DNA of 64,000 bases from contig NMRA01000030.1 in the NCBI GenBank assembly GCA_002633005.1, forward strand, positions 1,169,957 to 1,233,956, written 5' to 3'. This document shows, piece by piece, positions 27,801 through 41,900 of the stretch; the first letter of the stretch is position 1; every line of letters begins with the position of its first letter. Below the pieces are notes generated by a model, which worked only from the letters and a program-made list of their open reading frames with translations, ran no database searches and was not told where the DNA came from. The stretch comes from Phoronis australis. Taxonomy: Eukaryota > Animalia > Phoronida. The translations under genes and the position numbers were made by a program.

Positions 27801-29879
27801 TTTGATATAACACATATATTGGTTGATGAGGAGACAGTAACTACATATAATATTGGAATAGGCCAACTAACAAATAGGTCTAGGTAATACAGTTAGAGTC
27901 TTTTACCACGCTGAGTGGAGAGTTCATATGAGTCGCATAAACAATCAACACATGGTTTTAATGTGTGGTCGGCACACAAGTACAGCAGACAATAGATCAA
28001 CGCTAAGCTCCGCCCACGTGACAGCCATATTTGTTTTGGTCGTCTGTTGTGCTTCACAAGTTCGCAAAAATGATTAAAATTATGCTTTAAACAAACAGGT
28101 ATGTCACATTTTCTAAACATGAAATAAATATCAGATTTATTTCTAGTACATGAACAAAAATTGGAACATAATGACGGTGCATTCTGAACGAATGTTGACC
28201 TCAAGTGGCAATCGATGCCTGCTTAAGTTCAAAGCCGTTTTTCTAGGCTTGTGATTTCACGTTAGTGACAAGATTCTCGCGCCTATTTTTTCACAGCACG
28301 TGGGTCAATTTTTAAGAAATTTGAAATCCTCTAGGACTGAAGCAAAATCGCGTGCCAGGGTTTTTTGATATATGGACCAGATTTTTAGTTATTAGATGGA
28401 AAGCGACCAAGTGACAGAAAGTGGCGTGCTTGCCCCAACTCGCACGCAAAAATGGCACAAAATCAAGATCATAATGATTTCGTACATATATTTGGTATGG
28501 ATAAGTAGAATATTGCGTAAGGAAACAGTTGATGATAATCCCTGTGCATTTTAAAATCTAGGTAAAATTGGATTTTTTGAAAAATAAAAAATATGATTTT
28601 TTAAAAAAATGAACTACAATAAAAACTTTATTTTTTCGAATTTTGTCACTTGCAGAGTTATTTGTAACTAGTTAAACCCCCTTCATACTTATTTTAGATA
28701 GGAACCTGGAGATTTGACCAGTGTGTGCACCTACCTTAATCTTGATGACAGCAAAAACATCTTGCCTTGATTTTAGTGAAAATTGTCTTGCAAAACTGTC
28801 TATTTTGGAAATGATGAGCAGAGTTTACAGACCATTTGAATAAAAGTTTGAACAAAAATTCTGCATTAAATTGTTATAAAAGTCAAGTCTAAGCTCTTTC
28901 AAGTGAAAACAAATTTTTTTTGATCTATTGCACGGTCAGTATCAAAACTGAACCAGATGAACTTTGTCCTGTGAGTCAGTTGACATTAGGTTTGAGGATA
29001 TATAAAAACTTCTACATGTAACTCTTGTTTTCTTCCATTATCAGGTTAATTTAAGCACTCTTTTTAATGTCTAGTAAATGCCTTGGAAGTTTAAATATGT
29101 AAGCATTGATATTTGTAAAGATTGTTTTTGAGGGTATCGTGTGCTTAAAGACAAAATGGGGAATGAAGCTCCTTCCACACAAAGTGCGATCACGAAAGCT
29201 TTGTGGCTTTAGTCAGTCATGCTAAAGACACTTCAGAGCATCTGAGATGTTGTAAAGTACCGTATAAATCAAGGCCAGTGGCAGAGTGTGAGCTCCTACT
29301 AGCCAGTATAGATAAATTTGTGACTTAGAATTACCCATCGTGGAGTCAAATCATGTGTCATGTTCACCGAATAGAATTTGGTGTCGGGTTTTCACCCAAG
29401 CAGAAAGTATCCGCACTATGAACACCTGAAATGACAGTGGCATGGCGAGCACCTATTTGCCTCCGTCGACACCTCAAGTGGCACCCCACCCGAGACTTTA
29501 ATAAAATTTTCTTTCATGAATTGTTTTCTATTGACATTGAATGTTTGTCGCACTGTCAGAACTATTCGAAGTTGGGTGACTGGCAGGGAGGTGCAAACGC
29601 CAAACTTCTGGTGGCCAGTGGAGACTAAAATTCGTAGCAAGCTGAGGGGGTATTACAGTATCAATGGACCCAAAATTACATTGAATTTTGGCTGAGTTGA
29701 CGAATTTTTTTTTTTTTGCACTGAGCAGAGGGCCATAGCCCCCTTGTGTGACCCCGTCCTATGCCAGTGGCTCTCGCAATGAAGATAAAAAACGAGAGCA
29801 AGGCAGATTGGGCTTCTAGTAGTGTCCACAGTTTCCATGTTAACAAACAGCGACACTGTCTATCCTATAGACGAAGCGC

Positions 29880-29932
<53 letters not shown>

Positions 29933-32900
29933 CTTTATTTAAAGAGGATGAAAATACAATAAATGTAAAACATGCTTTAGCCAAAGGGTAATATCCAGCA
30001 TGGTCCTCAGCAGACATGCCAGTCATGCATAATTTTTTGTAATAAGCAATAATCATCAGTGTGGCTTTGAGAGAATGGTAATTAGTGGTGTTGTCTGCTT
30101 TTTATCTAAGATAAAATTTTTTTACATCGTGTTTTTGCAAGGTTATTACACGTTCCAACAGCCCCCTGTTGGTGGTTGAGGCAACTGAGAATAGGCAAAT
30201 AGGACCAAGTGCAGTTCATGTAATGCTTCGTAAGTTACAATTGTGGGAGAGACAAGATTTTTTATTTTAGAAATGACTAAACAAATTATTATAAGGTCAG
30301 TTTTTGGAAAGGTGCAATATGGCTGCCAGAGTGCCAAATTTGGCTGAAAATGGCTTCAGTGAAAACCTTCAAAATAGCCATTTTTGCTACACAAAATCAC
30401 AGCATTCAATTTGACAATGGATTTTGAAAGTTGTGTCATTGAATTATTCAATCATAGTTCTTTCAAAAGATATCACTCAGTTGTTTTCACCTCGCTATAC
30501 ATGGTAGAAAAACGCATTCAAACTGAATATCTGCTTTGCAACTTTTATTAAAATATCTTGATCTGTTTACACCGACTTCTTTTCTATTTACATTGTCACG
30601 ATGTAAATAGACAAGAGGTGGGTGTAAATAGACCAAGAGATTATAATAATAGTTGTAACACATCACCACCTCAGAGCAGTTTTAGAAAGTCATATCTACT
30701 TGTGCGCCCATTTTTTTTAAAAAAAGGAGGTACAGGCTATAAATTGAGAAAGATGTATGGAAATATGTAGAAAACTAGATTTTTCTACACTACACCAAAC
30801 CATTCTCATGTGCTAAGTCTCAAAAATCTGTGGTTTTGGGTATAGACATTACCTGTTGGATTTTATACGGATGTTACTTGGGGTTGCCTTCAGTACATGA
30901 CATAAGCATATGACATCATCACCATGAATTAGCATATCATGTTGCCTGGGTGCAAGTCACCATTTATTAGCATATGTCGCCTTGGTACAAGTCACCATTA
31001 ATTAGCATATCATGTCACCTTGGTTTAAGTCACCCTGAATTAGTATATCATGTCGCCTGGGTGCAAGTCACCATGAATTAGTAAATCATGTCGCCTGGGT
31101 GCAAGTCACCATTAATTAACATATCATGTCGCCTGGGTGCAAGTCACCATTAATTAGCATATCATGTCGCCTGGGTGCAAGTCACCATTAATTAGCATAT
31201 CATGTCGCCTGGGTGCAAGTCACCATTAATTAGCATATCATGTCGCCTGGGTGCAAGCAGAATACATCATCCATAGTAACTGAGTATTTCACAAACTGGA
31301 AACAATATTCCTGTGGAGTCGTTGTTTTTGTGAACAGAATTAAATTTCAGCACATAGAAACTGTATCTTGTTTGATTATTTTTGACGTGTAGCATTGGCG
31401 ACTTAAACTTTTACAATGAGATTTATGGTATTACATGTGATTGGATTAGTTGTGTTGTTAGCTTTCTTCTTGGTTATCTTTCAGCCGCTAAGAAGACCTG
31501 CTACAATTTGAGTGATAGTGAGGCTGATGATGACAATGCCAATGCCAATGCGGTCGACATTTCCGACAACGATTCCTTCAAACCTGATGATGGATCTGAC
31601 AACGAAGACTCGTTCGTGGCAGTTCAAAGTAAAAGGTGAGCTGGACACTTAACTTGTTGATAAGGAGAGCTTCAAAACATTGCTTGATTTAAACAAAATC
31701 TTTTTTGTTCAAAAATGGTATTAGTAGACCTTCATTGTTTTCATCGTCATCTTTCTTTGCATCAGCAATTCATGAGATTTCGATTCATTTTCAATGTCAA
31801 ATCCAACACTTAAATGGCCATGAATCCATTTCTATGGTAACTTGACTTTGTTGCTATGTAAGCACGTATTGTTGAAGTTGGTGTTAACCAAGGATTCACT
31901 CGTTGATTCGATATGACTATGACACTACTGTGCTGTGGCATGCCAGTGTTAACCGAGGATTTACTCGTTGATTCAATATGACTTTGACACTACTGTGCTG
32001 TGGCATGTCACTGTTAACCAAAGGTTCACTTGTTTATTCAATATGACTTTGACACTACTGTGCTGTGGCATGCCAGTGTTAACCGAGGGTTCACTCGTTG
32101 ATTCAATATGACTATGACACTACTGCGCTGTGGTATGCCTGCTTAACTCTTCACTTTCAGAAGGTGAGAGTTTTTGCTCTGTGGCTGACATGCATACCAG
32201 GATTTCCGTAGATAAGCCCATGGACATGTATTCGTAAAATGAAAAATATCAGACGTTTTAGTAACCTCAAATAAACCCCTTGGCGTTTATATGGAAAAAC
32301 GCAGCGTGTAAACATAGGTTTCCTGACTTGGTCATTTTTTTTACTTAAAATATGTTTTTTAAATTTTATGTTAATAAATGCATAGTTTGCCAGCAAATGA
32401 TAAATGCTACGCAAAACTGAATTTGTGACTAAAAGTTGATGCATAGTGGGCTTTTAGGAGGAAATTTCTGAATAAACGCTCTGTTGACACTTCACACCAA
32501 AAGTTATAACACCAAATAAAACGCCCATGGGCATAATTTGCCGAATAAACGCCTATTGGCATTTCATGGGAGGGGGGCTTATCAACGGAAAACCCCAGTA
32601 CGTTCCATCTTTAAGCTTATGGAGGACACTCAAAGACGGTCAAACTTGGCAAACTTTGGAGTGTCATATTTCAGAAATGTCTGATCGGATTGATATGAAG
32701 CTTGCAGATACCAAGCTTTGTGCACTGATCTCTGAAAGGCTGTTCTAATTTTGCATGATGGGCTTTTGAAAAATAGGATATTTATAATTCTAATGAAATG
32801 ACACATCAAATGAAAACGAAATAATTATTTAAGAAAACTGTAACATTGTTTTTGAGATTTCGTCTTGGACATTTATATCAAGCAAAATTTGGTTTTGTTG

Positions 32901-35900
32901 TTGATATTGTTTTTGTTGTACTTTTCGTGACATAGTCACGTGATCCAATTAATGGCAGATTGGTGAAGGAACTAACTCTTTAGTTTTGTGGATATTTGAG
33001 TAAATACACCGGCTTTTCGAGTAGGTCCTACAGAATTTTAAGGACATTTGCTGTGGGCAGGCTCAAGTGTACTGAGTGCATAATGAGTCATCTAGTTCTC
33101 CAGTTCAAGTCTTTTGTCAAGAAGAAAGTTTCTTTGTTAATACAGAAGTGTATGATTCTGCCCATATTGCGTTAACATGTGGTTTAATCCCCGCAGGAAA
33201 CCAGCTGGTAAGAAAATGCAGAAGGCTCTGGAGTCAGACGATGAAGTCGAGATGACAAACACACAGTCCTCAGAAGGTGATTTTCCTCAATGTTGATGGT
33301 TGGTGGTAGATGCACGGTGATTCCAGATGAACCAGCTGGCTGCATATATGAACCAGCTGGCTACATATCTGTCAACCGTTAGCCCAATAAGTGCTTTCTC
33401 GTCATTTTCTACTGCCTGTAGAGAGGAGCATCCGCAGGCAGCTGACAGTTGATGAATTTGTGACGTATCAGATTTGTTTATTTTGAAATGAAATCTAAAA
33501 CAACCATTGCAATTAACCATAATAGCATAAATCTAATAACATTATTGTCCTGACATAATTGGCAGATCTAGTGCCAGCCACAATTTTTCGAAGAAGAAAA
33601 TTTGCGTAAGCCCTAAAAATGGCATGACGGTGGTATATTTTGTTGATTAGTTGGTAGTGTCTGTAGGTGCCATTGATGGATGTGGTTGTTGGCGAGGACT
33701 ATCATTTAGTTTTGAAACCTTTATCATAATTTCCTTAACAGTTGTCTCTGTAAGTGACAGTGAGGAAGTGGCACCCTCTCCCAAGAAGGCTCCAGCCAAG
33801 AAGAATGCTGGTAAAGTCGGTGGTGGTGGTGGTGGTGGTGGTGATGATGGCTCTAAACCAGCCAAGAAACCACGTAAGCCAATCGCTAGTCAGAAGAAAC
33901 TGCAGGAGGTGTTGAGTGACAGTGAGGGCGAGAACGCTGAGCCAAAAAAGGTAGTGAAGAAAAAGGCACTGGGAAAGAAGACTGTTGGCAAGAAGGGTAT
34001 GTTATAGTGAGGTGTTATAGAAGGTTGTTATTGTGAGGTGTTTTAGAAGGGTGTTGCAGTGAAGTGCCTGTGGTAGTGACTATAGCCAGTGTGTTCATCT
34101 GTATGCGCATAAGGTTATATGTTGGTTGCATGCTCCTAAAAATCAAGATTCAATTGGCACAAGTGCAGTGTAAAAATCTGGGTGACCCACCACACTCCTT
34201 TTTGGCCCCGCCACTCATAACCTTGCCCAAATTCACTTAATCCAGACAGGAGAACTTAACAGCTACGCAGAAATTGGTATCAAAAATGAATATGATCAAC
34301 AAGTTACATGGCTATTGTCGATGTCTGTGGACCAACTGGAGATAACATAATTTAAAATCTGATTTGAACCTACCATATTTGCCGTAATAACTGCCCAGGT
34401 CGCTTAGAAAAATTCATTTCAGGGGGGGCGCTTATTATAACCCAAGGCGGTGGAAACCCGGTCTCCGAAACTAGTGCAATCGGAAGCTAAGATTCATCAT
34501 ATTTACGCTCTGACGTATCTGGAATCTATGAAAGACTTTCTACAAAACTGTTGTGCATTGCTATCAAATTAAGATCATTTTACAGAAAATTGTGCTGAAG
34601 TCCCAGGGCGATAACTCGCCAACTGCCTGCCTTGCAATCGTCAATATGGTGACTTGAATGCTTGAATAAATACAGTTTCGACTCAAGCAAATTACCTGAA
34701 ATCCTCCTTAAGTTTTCCAAGTAGCGTCCCAAAGATTTTTAAGTTCCTGTGGAGTTGGGATCACGGCAGGTTTAAGTACAAATCTGTGCTACATCATACC
34801 ATCTACATGTATGATCAGCAACATGAGGAAAATGTCTGGATGAACACACGTTGTTGTCACGTGACCGTTTTGTTTTGAAGTTGTCTGCATTTGTGAGTAA
34901 GCGAGCGCGTGCGTGTCACCAGAGTTCATTTGCTAGAGCAGATACAGTCTTTTGGCCAGAGCCACGCAATCTAACGAGCTAGATGTGCATTGCATCTAAA
35001 AAAATTCGCACAAGCAGTAGGCCTAAACCAGAGCGTGTTTCATTCAGCACTTGCCGGTCTCATGTGCTAAAAACGCTCGACATTTGTCTCGGTAAGGTCA
35101 TATTAGTTGCCGTGTGGCTGGATGCGTGCGTGACTATCTGACAGTTATTTTTCGGTGCAAGGGTGTGTAAGCATTCACTGGCCAAGCTTTTTATTAGTCT
35201 TCGACTCGCGGTTTTCATGTGTAGGCCTACAAAGAAATTTGGATTCCTGTTGAAAGCGGGAAATAGCCTATCTACAAAGCAATCCCGTACACAAATGCAC
35301 TACTTCTGTTCTGAAAGGCCAGACCATTGGTCCTCGCAATATCAGCAGAACTTTTGTGTTCGTTTTGAGGCATGGTGGAAGTTTGAAGTGTATAGTCACG
35401 CTAAATACCGACATAGCGGCAAGGCTCGTGGTCTACAAATTCTGTGCACAATGATTTTTTTCAGGACTGTCGGATATTATTGATTAATTGAGGACGATAC
35501 TGTAGAATTTTAGGACTGTAGGTAAGGCATTTTTCGCATTTACACGTTCATGGACTGGGCGCTTATTTTAGCAAAGTCTGAAAATGCGTGGGGGGTGCTT
35601 ATAGGGACATGGGCGGTTATTACAGCGAATACAGTATCTCCTTGTGCAACATAATCATTTTATCCCATTCCTTCCTCTCATTTGCTTTGTGACCTGGCCT
35701 ACATTTGGTACTGCCTCGTTTTTGATAATGCACAGCAACTGAATACAGTTGGGGACGAGGCAATGACCTTGACATTAGTTCTCTTAAATGGCGAAATGCA
35801 AGTGAACACTGAAGAAATAGGTGGAGAAATGGTAAATTTTATTTTGTTCACGTTTACAATTCAAACAATTTGAGTTATATTGCACAAAATAGTCAATAAC

Positions 35901-38900
35901 TTAAAGTGGAACTTGCATGCTAATTCCGGATCTCTCTGATTGCTTGTTCAAATTAGTTAGAAACACAACATATAGCAATGTGAATATGAAGTACGTTGAA
36001 ACTTGCAAAATGTTTTTAAAGGTTATCTCAAACCTTGTTTAGTGGCCTTCGTTATAACTCGTATATAAAAAACTAGGCTTTGTTAACTAAAGAAAGTATG
36101 TACTTTCTTAAGTCAAAATTCCATGTTTAATAAAGGTGTGTTTATAGCAAAATAACCCCTAGGTCGATTTTAATGAAACCTTTTTATGCGCCCACATATT
36201 TATATGTAGACTTATGCCGTCATCCCTGTCCGTCCGGCGTCCGTCCGGCCCGCGTCTGCTGCTCTGTCTCCAAAACCTTTTGACATATGTTCATGAAAGT
36301 TTGCAAATGTGTTCCTTTCATGGATGGAATGGCATCAGCGAACTTTCGGACGGATCCGACTACCGGTGTGCCCCCTTGTGGCAATTTTAGTTTTTTGCGT
36401 GTACATCTGTATCTTCAAATGTCCTCGAAGTATTTTCATAAAATTTGGCATATAGGCATGTATTAGTGAGATGACGCTAGCCTCATGTTTCCGGATGGAT
36501 TCGACATAGTTTGCGCCACCTAGTAGCCATTTTTACTGTTTTCAAGCATGGTTTTTGGCATCCACCCCTCTATCAACCAAACCGCTCTAAAGATGATTGT
36601 GAAAATTGGCAGGTATGTTCTTATTAGGAGGAGGACGGCTCATAATGATTTTCCGATGACTTTGACTACTGTGGCACCTCCTAGTGGCAGATTTTTTGCG
36701 CCCATGGCTGTATCTTCTAAAGCGCTAGCAGGATCTTCTTTAAATTTAGCAATTGTATTTATATGATGTTATCAACGGCTGACCACCACTTTTGGACAGA
36801 TCTGACTACCAGTTTCCCCCCTAGTGGCAATTTTAGTTTTGATGTTTACCTCTGTATCTTCAAAGGTCCTCTACAGATTTTCATAAAATTTGGAATATAG
36901 GAATCTATTGGTGAGATGACGCTATCCTCCTGTTTTCGGACGGAGTCAAGGTATTTTACGCCACCTTGTGGCCATTTTTGCTGTTTTCCACCCCTGTGTC
37001 AACCAAACCAGTCTAAGGATGATTTTGAAAATTGATATCTTCAGTGAAGAGATCACTTGACGATGACGACTTCGACTACTATGGTGCCTCCTACAAGGCT
37101 TGGAATTTTCCACGGAAACACGGATTTCCACTTTTTTCAAATGTTCTGTCCAGGTATTTTATTACATTTCTGCGTAAAAAAATCAGATTTGATATAAAAT
37201 TTGTGCGGCAAATTTCTTTCTTACCGCGGCGTTGCCAACGACTTTCACCTCGAAAAGTGGAAGTTGCTCTTTATGTTTCGGAGGAACGTAAATTGTCAAC
37301 ATTGCCGGGGCATCTGGGATAGCGTGGTGGATGTCTTCAATGGCGTCTCTTGTGATTGTAAACTGCAGTGACTAATACTACGACTCTACAGCAAAAAATG
37401 TGTGGAGGTGGGAGTAGCGGACGAGCTAAAAAGACGCAGACGCACGCTTCTGGAGGTGGTACCGTTTTTTTTAGTCCTCCCGATTTTTGTTGGCAAAAGG
37501 TCCATATCGAATATTTCAAGGCTGGCTGTGCGCATGATTTGGGATGTAAAAATTTCCGCTTTTTTTGTTATTGGTCATTCCAAGCCCTGCTCCTAGTGGT
37601 AGTTTTGTTTCACTTTGCGCCTATAGCTGTATCTCCTAAACCCACTGCATGATTTTTATTAAATTTAGTAAGTGTTATTTATTTGAAGCAAACAACAGAA
37701 GACGATGACTTTCAGGCAGATCAAATGAACACTGTGCCCCCTAGTGGCAATTTCATTGTTTTGTATTTTCCTTTGTTTCTCTGAAGTTCCTTCACAGATT
37801 TTTATGAAATTTGTAAATAGCTTTCTATTATAGAAGTGATGGTATGTTCCCGTTTTCAGATGGACTGGATGCTTTTGTGCCATCTAGTGGCCATTTTATG
37901 ATATAAATAAACAACCCTAGAAGCAGCCCGTTTGCTTTGGATTCGTGAGCGCATTTCAACGCTTCGTGCTGTTCTTGTTAAATGAAAACATCACCAGTTT
38001 AGCTTTTTCTCAAAACGTATGTTTGTAAAAATAGATGTCGCAGTAATCTTTGTTACATTACGCAAAAAGTAGGCGAATATCCTAAAATCTTGTTTTGAGA
38101 TTGATGAATAGATATTACTTTTGGAAAGTTTCAGAAAAATACATCAAGCCGTTTTCGAGAATTCATGTTCCTAAGTTCAAATGAAGTTGATTTGTCGAAG
38201 CTTAGAAAGGCTGATTATTTGGCGAGACGTGAAAATCTCAAGGCCTTAGGTTAACTAGATGGTGAAAACTTGTGTTTTGATCAGTATAACATATACTCCG
38301 CTTAGCCATGTTAATTGTTTCAACATTCATGCCCAATGTCATCAGAATTTCCGGTGCATAATTAACTCAATTAGCACAAAAGCGTCAAAATCAATCTGGT
38401 CACGTGCAGAGCCAGCACTTTAGGTGTGTCAAACTGGTGCATTGTGGTCTGCTTTAAAGTAGGTCAACAGTTCATTGTTAGACACACCACGCACTAGGAG
38501 ACTGATATGAAAACCAAGTACGAAATGGATACCGAAATCGGGTTGGTGGTTAAAGCACGTAGTGAGCATAAGATTGAAACATTGTAATGTCAAATTTTTG
38601 GTGAGGATTTATCTCTTTTCGCAGCTTGCTGTGTTTGTGAACACGAAGTCACCGAGGCATGAGGTGACTTGTAACATTTGTTCTCAACGGTCGTATGCAT
38701 ACAGACACAAAACTCTCAGGATCAAAGCTATGTTTTGTCTTGGTTTACTCCAGCATCTTTCTATCATATGTACACGTTGTTGAGGTAATACTATGGCGAG
38801 GACTGAGGGTACATGCAGAGCTGCTCTGTGCCTGGTGTGGTTCCAAGGTGGTTCTGCCAAATCTTTTTTTCTCGCTACATGGTATATATTTGGTATTTGG

Positions 38901-41900
38901 AGTTTTCCGAGAATGAAGATAAGGTATTTTGCTTGACATTTGTGAAATATTGTAAAAATGGCCAATTTTTATGGATAAGGTTTTTGAGATATCCTTAAGA
39001 ACCAGTTTTGTGTTGAAAATGATCCCCTGTAAATCACTCAACTGTGTCCAGTAAGTATTGTGTTGTGGCGTTGTTGAATAACATTGCATGATGCGGGCAA
39101 TGTCAGCCCCAGGGTTCGTCATTATAGTGCCAAGGTCACCTATTCTCAGATTTTTTTGTTTTCACATTTAAAAGTCGTCAATGAATACAACTGCACTTTG
39201 TTTAGCTTTGATGATGTTAAAATACCATGTTATTTAGTTCCTGCTATACATTAGCATAGCTAGGAGCTTGCAAATACATCTTTACTGAACCAGAAAGCAG
39301 TCTTGTTATCTCGGTAGTTGTCTGGGTAAAATAGAGGAATAAACCATCTGCTATGCTGGCTAATGCTGATCCAACTGAGTTTCGTTGAGCAACAATATAA
39401 ACGATATTAACGGAAGTTTTGTCATACAACTTAGTTGATCAGTTCCAAATAGGTTCAAACATTATTTTCATTCTAAGTGCCTAGAGCTGTAGAATTCAAT
39501 TTTAACGAGGAGTCTGTGGCCCTTTCCTGGGGTGTCTGCATCCTAACGTAACTTTAATTGGTGATTGAAATACGTCGGAATGATATGAAACTGCATTAAC
39601 TGTGATTAAATATTGACAGTCACTGGGGGGATTCCACTTTCCATTCTTGTGTGTGGCAGCGGGTTTTACATTGCACCTGGACCATTCGCCACCATGCTCC
39701 TTTTGAAACCCAGGAAAAACAATGAAATGAGCAACTAAACATGTGAGGCCTGGTGGGTTTTGGGAGGTGAGGTGAGCTGGCCAGAACGTCCTGCTTATCA
39801 TTAGTATTCACCTGCCACTATTAATACGGGTTACTGTAACTGTGGGTATGGTTACTGTTTTGTGATGAGTGAGAGCCATCTAGTGTCTGTGTATAGTTAT
39901 TGTGTTGTGATGGCCTGTGATGAGTGAGAGCCATCTAGTATCTGTGGGTGTAGTTACTTTGTTGTGATGACCATTGTGTAGCCACTGATTGTTTCACATT
40001 TCATCTCTCCCTGACTGTACTCTATCTTTCTCTGCTTCACCCCTCAGCACCAGGTGGCGGTAGTGGTCAGCTCAGTATAATTGCTTCATTTAACCAAGCT
40101 GCGTCAACTGTTGCCTCCAGCTCCCAGTCAGGTGAAAATGTAGACTTGCCATATGCATTGTTAACAGGTGTGTTGTAAAACCAGGCATAACTAAATAGCT
40201 ATCCCTTGTTGCTTGATGAATCTATGAAATTTGCAAAAGTTGGGTGAATTTGTAACTAGAGGCTGTATGTGAGACACAAAGTACGTAATGTGTGAAGTGT
40301 TGAAATAGTACAACAGTATCACGGAGCTTTGTCCAAGTTAAATAAATATTTAAGTCATACACATCTGACTTGTTGCAGTTCTGCTGATCTGTATTACCCA
40401 ATGGTTCATGTGAACAGGATACAAAATCACAAATTAACTATAGTTGATTTGATACAACTTAGATTGGACAATTTAGATGTCATAGTATTTGTATTTGGGA
40501 AATGGGTAACATCTTTTCAAAATGTTCATACTGGGTGCTGTTTCTGCATTACATGTTAACAATTTATGCAGCTGGTTTTGATGGGCTCAGAAGACTGGCT
40601 CGTTTTTAGACTGCTTCAACTAAGCCTTACTTCCATAAGTGCGTAATGCATATTGCATATACTTATTGTAATTAGCAATGGGTTTAGCTCATTGAATGAT
40701 TTGTTTCTGAGGAAAAATCACTTGTTGCACTTTTAAAATAATCTCAACAGGTAAAAACTCAGGTCCACGGCCAAACCTGGGTACGAATCCAGTAAATGTT
40801 GGAACTTGGAACGTTGTTGTAGTCAAACATTGCTAGAGGGCAGCACTTGCTACATGTGGATGACTCTGTGAGAAAACAATGCTACATGTAGTTGACATTT
40901 TATTTCTTGGGAAAGCACAAACTTGTCCCTTACCATTGCAATTGCCATTTTGGCATCTTACTCTTTTATTGGCATTGCAATGTCTCTTCCATGGAAGCTC
41001 CAGTTGGGGCAGCACCACTTTGATCATCAAAACGGAATATCTGTTTGTTGTACATATTCAATCTCTACACTGTCCATTTCAAATAAAAACATTCTACACT
41101 ATTCTTTACAATTAGGGTCTGATGGAAACCTGCCTAAATAATATACTGCTTAAGCAGGTTTATTGCATTTTGCATCACTCAGTATGTGTTAATGGAAACA
41201 GTTACAGTCCATGCAAACCTAATCACATGTGAGTGCTGCAATGGGACATATTGTTTACCATTTTGTTGGACTTTGTTTTATCAACGAGTGTTGATGAAGA
41301 TGACTATACGAATTTCAACATGTTGGTATATCGAGGACCTCAAATTCAGGATGATTACATTTTGCTTTTCTTATTTAGATCATGCTCTAGGTTAAATTTC
41401 AACAATGTCTTGGAGTAAAATTTGTTATTTGGTCTCCATAGCTAGGACTTTGAATTATTTCCTTATTTTGAACTGCATTCATAGTTTGTCTTGTATGCCT
41501 AGATGACAAAGTAAAGCCCAAAGCTGCTCCTAAGAGAAAGAAGCCAGTGTCAGATGATGAGTCAGAGGAAGAATTTGGTAAAAAGAAAAAGAAGTCTACG
41601 GCTGCCAAGGTAACACCTTCACTGTACAACTTACACTGATGTTAGTGTTGTGTCTTCACTACTTACATACACACATGTATGCATGTATGTATGTATGCAT
41701 ACTTACTGAACAGATAAATTGCCTATTCAAATGATAATCAGAAGACAGTAAGTTGACCAAACCATTAAAAGCAATGCAGAACCTACATAGGGTTCTATTG
41801 GGAAGACTCATGATAAAAAGTTGACTTCAACATTCAAGTGAAGCCAGTTTTGCCTTCAAAAAGCAACAAGGACATTATTTTTTAGATCTCAGTATTCGTG

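Noticed and set aside
26514-29144. Possible outer TTAA-flanked element around 26950-28735
   Set aside because: The candidate TIRs match poorly.
30920-32140. Regular 38-bp and 65-bp arrays resembling CRISPR
   Set aside because: Head-to-tail repeats without unique spacers, in a eukaryotic intron, with no cas genes.
35905-38420. Possible TTAA element enclosing the HINE
   Set aside because: Only a short terminal match and an imperfect right TSD.
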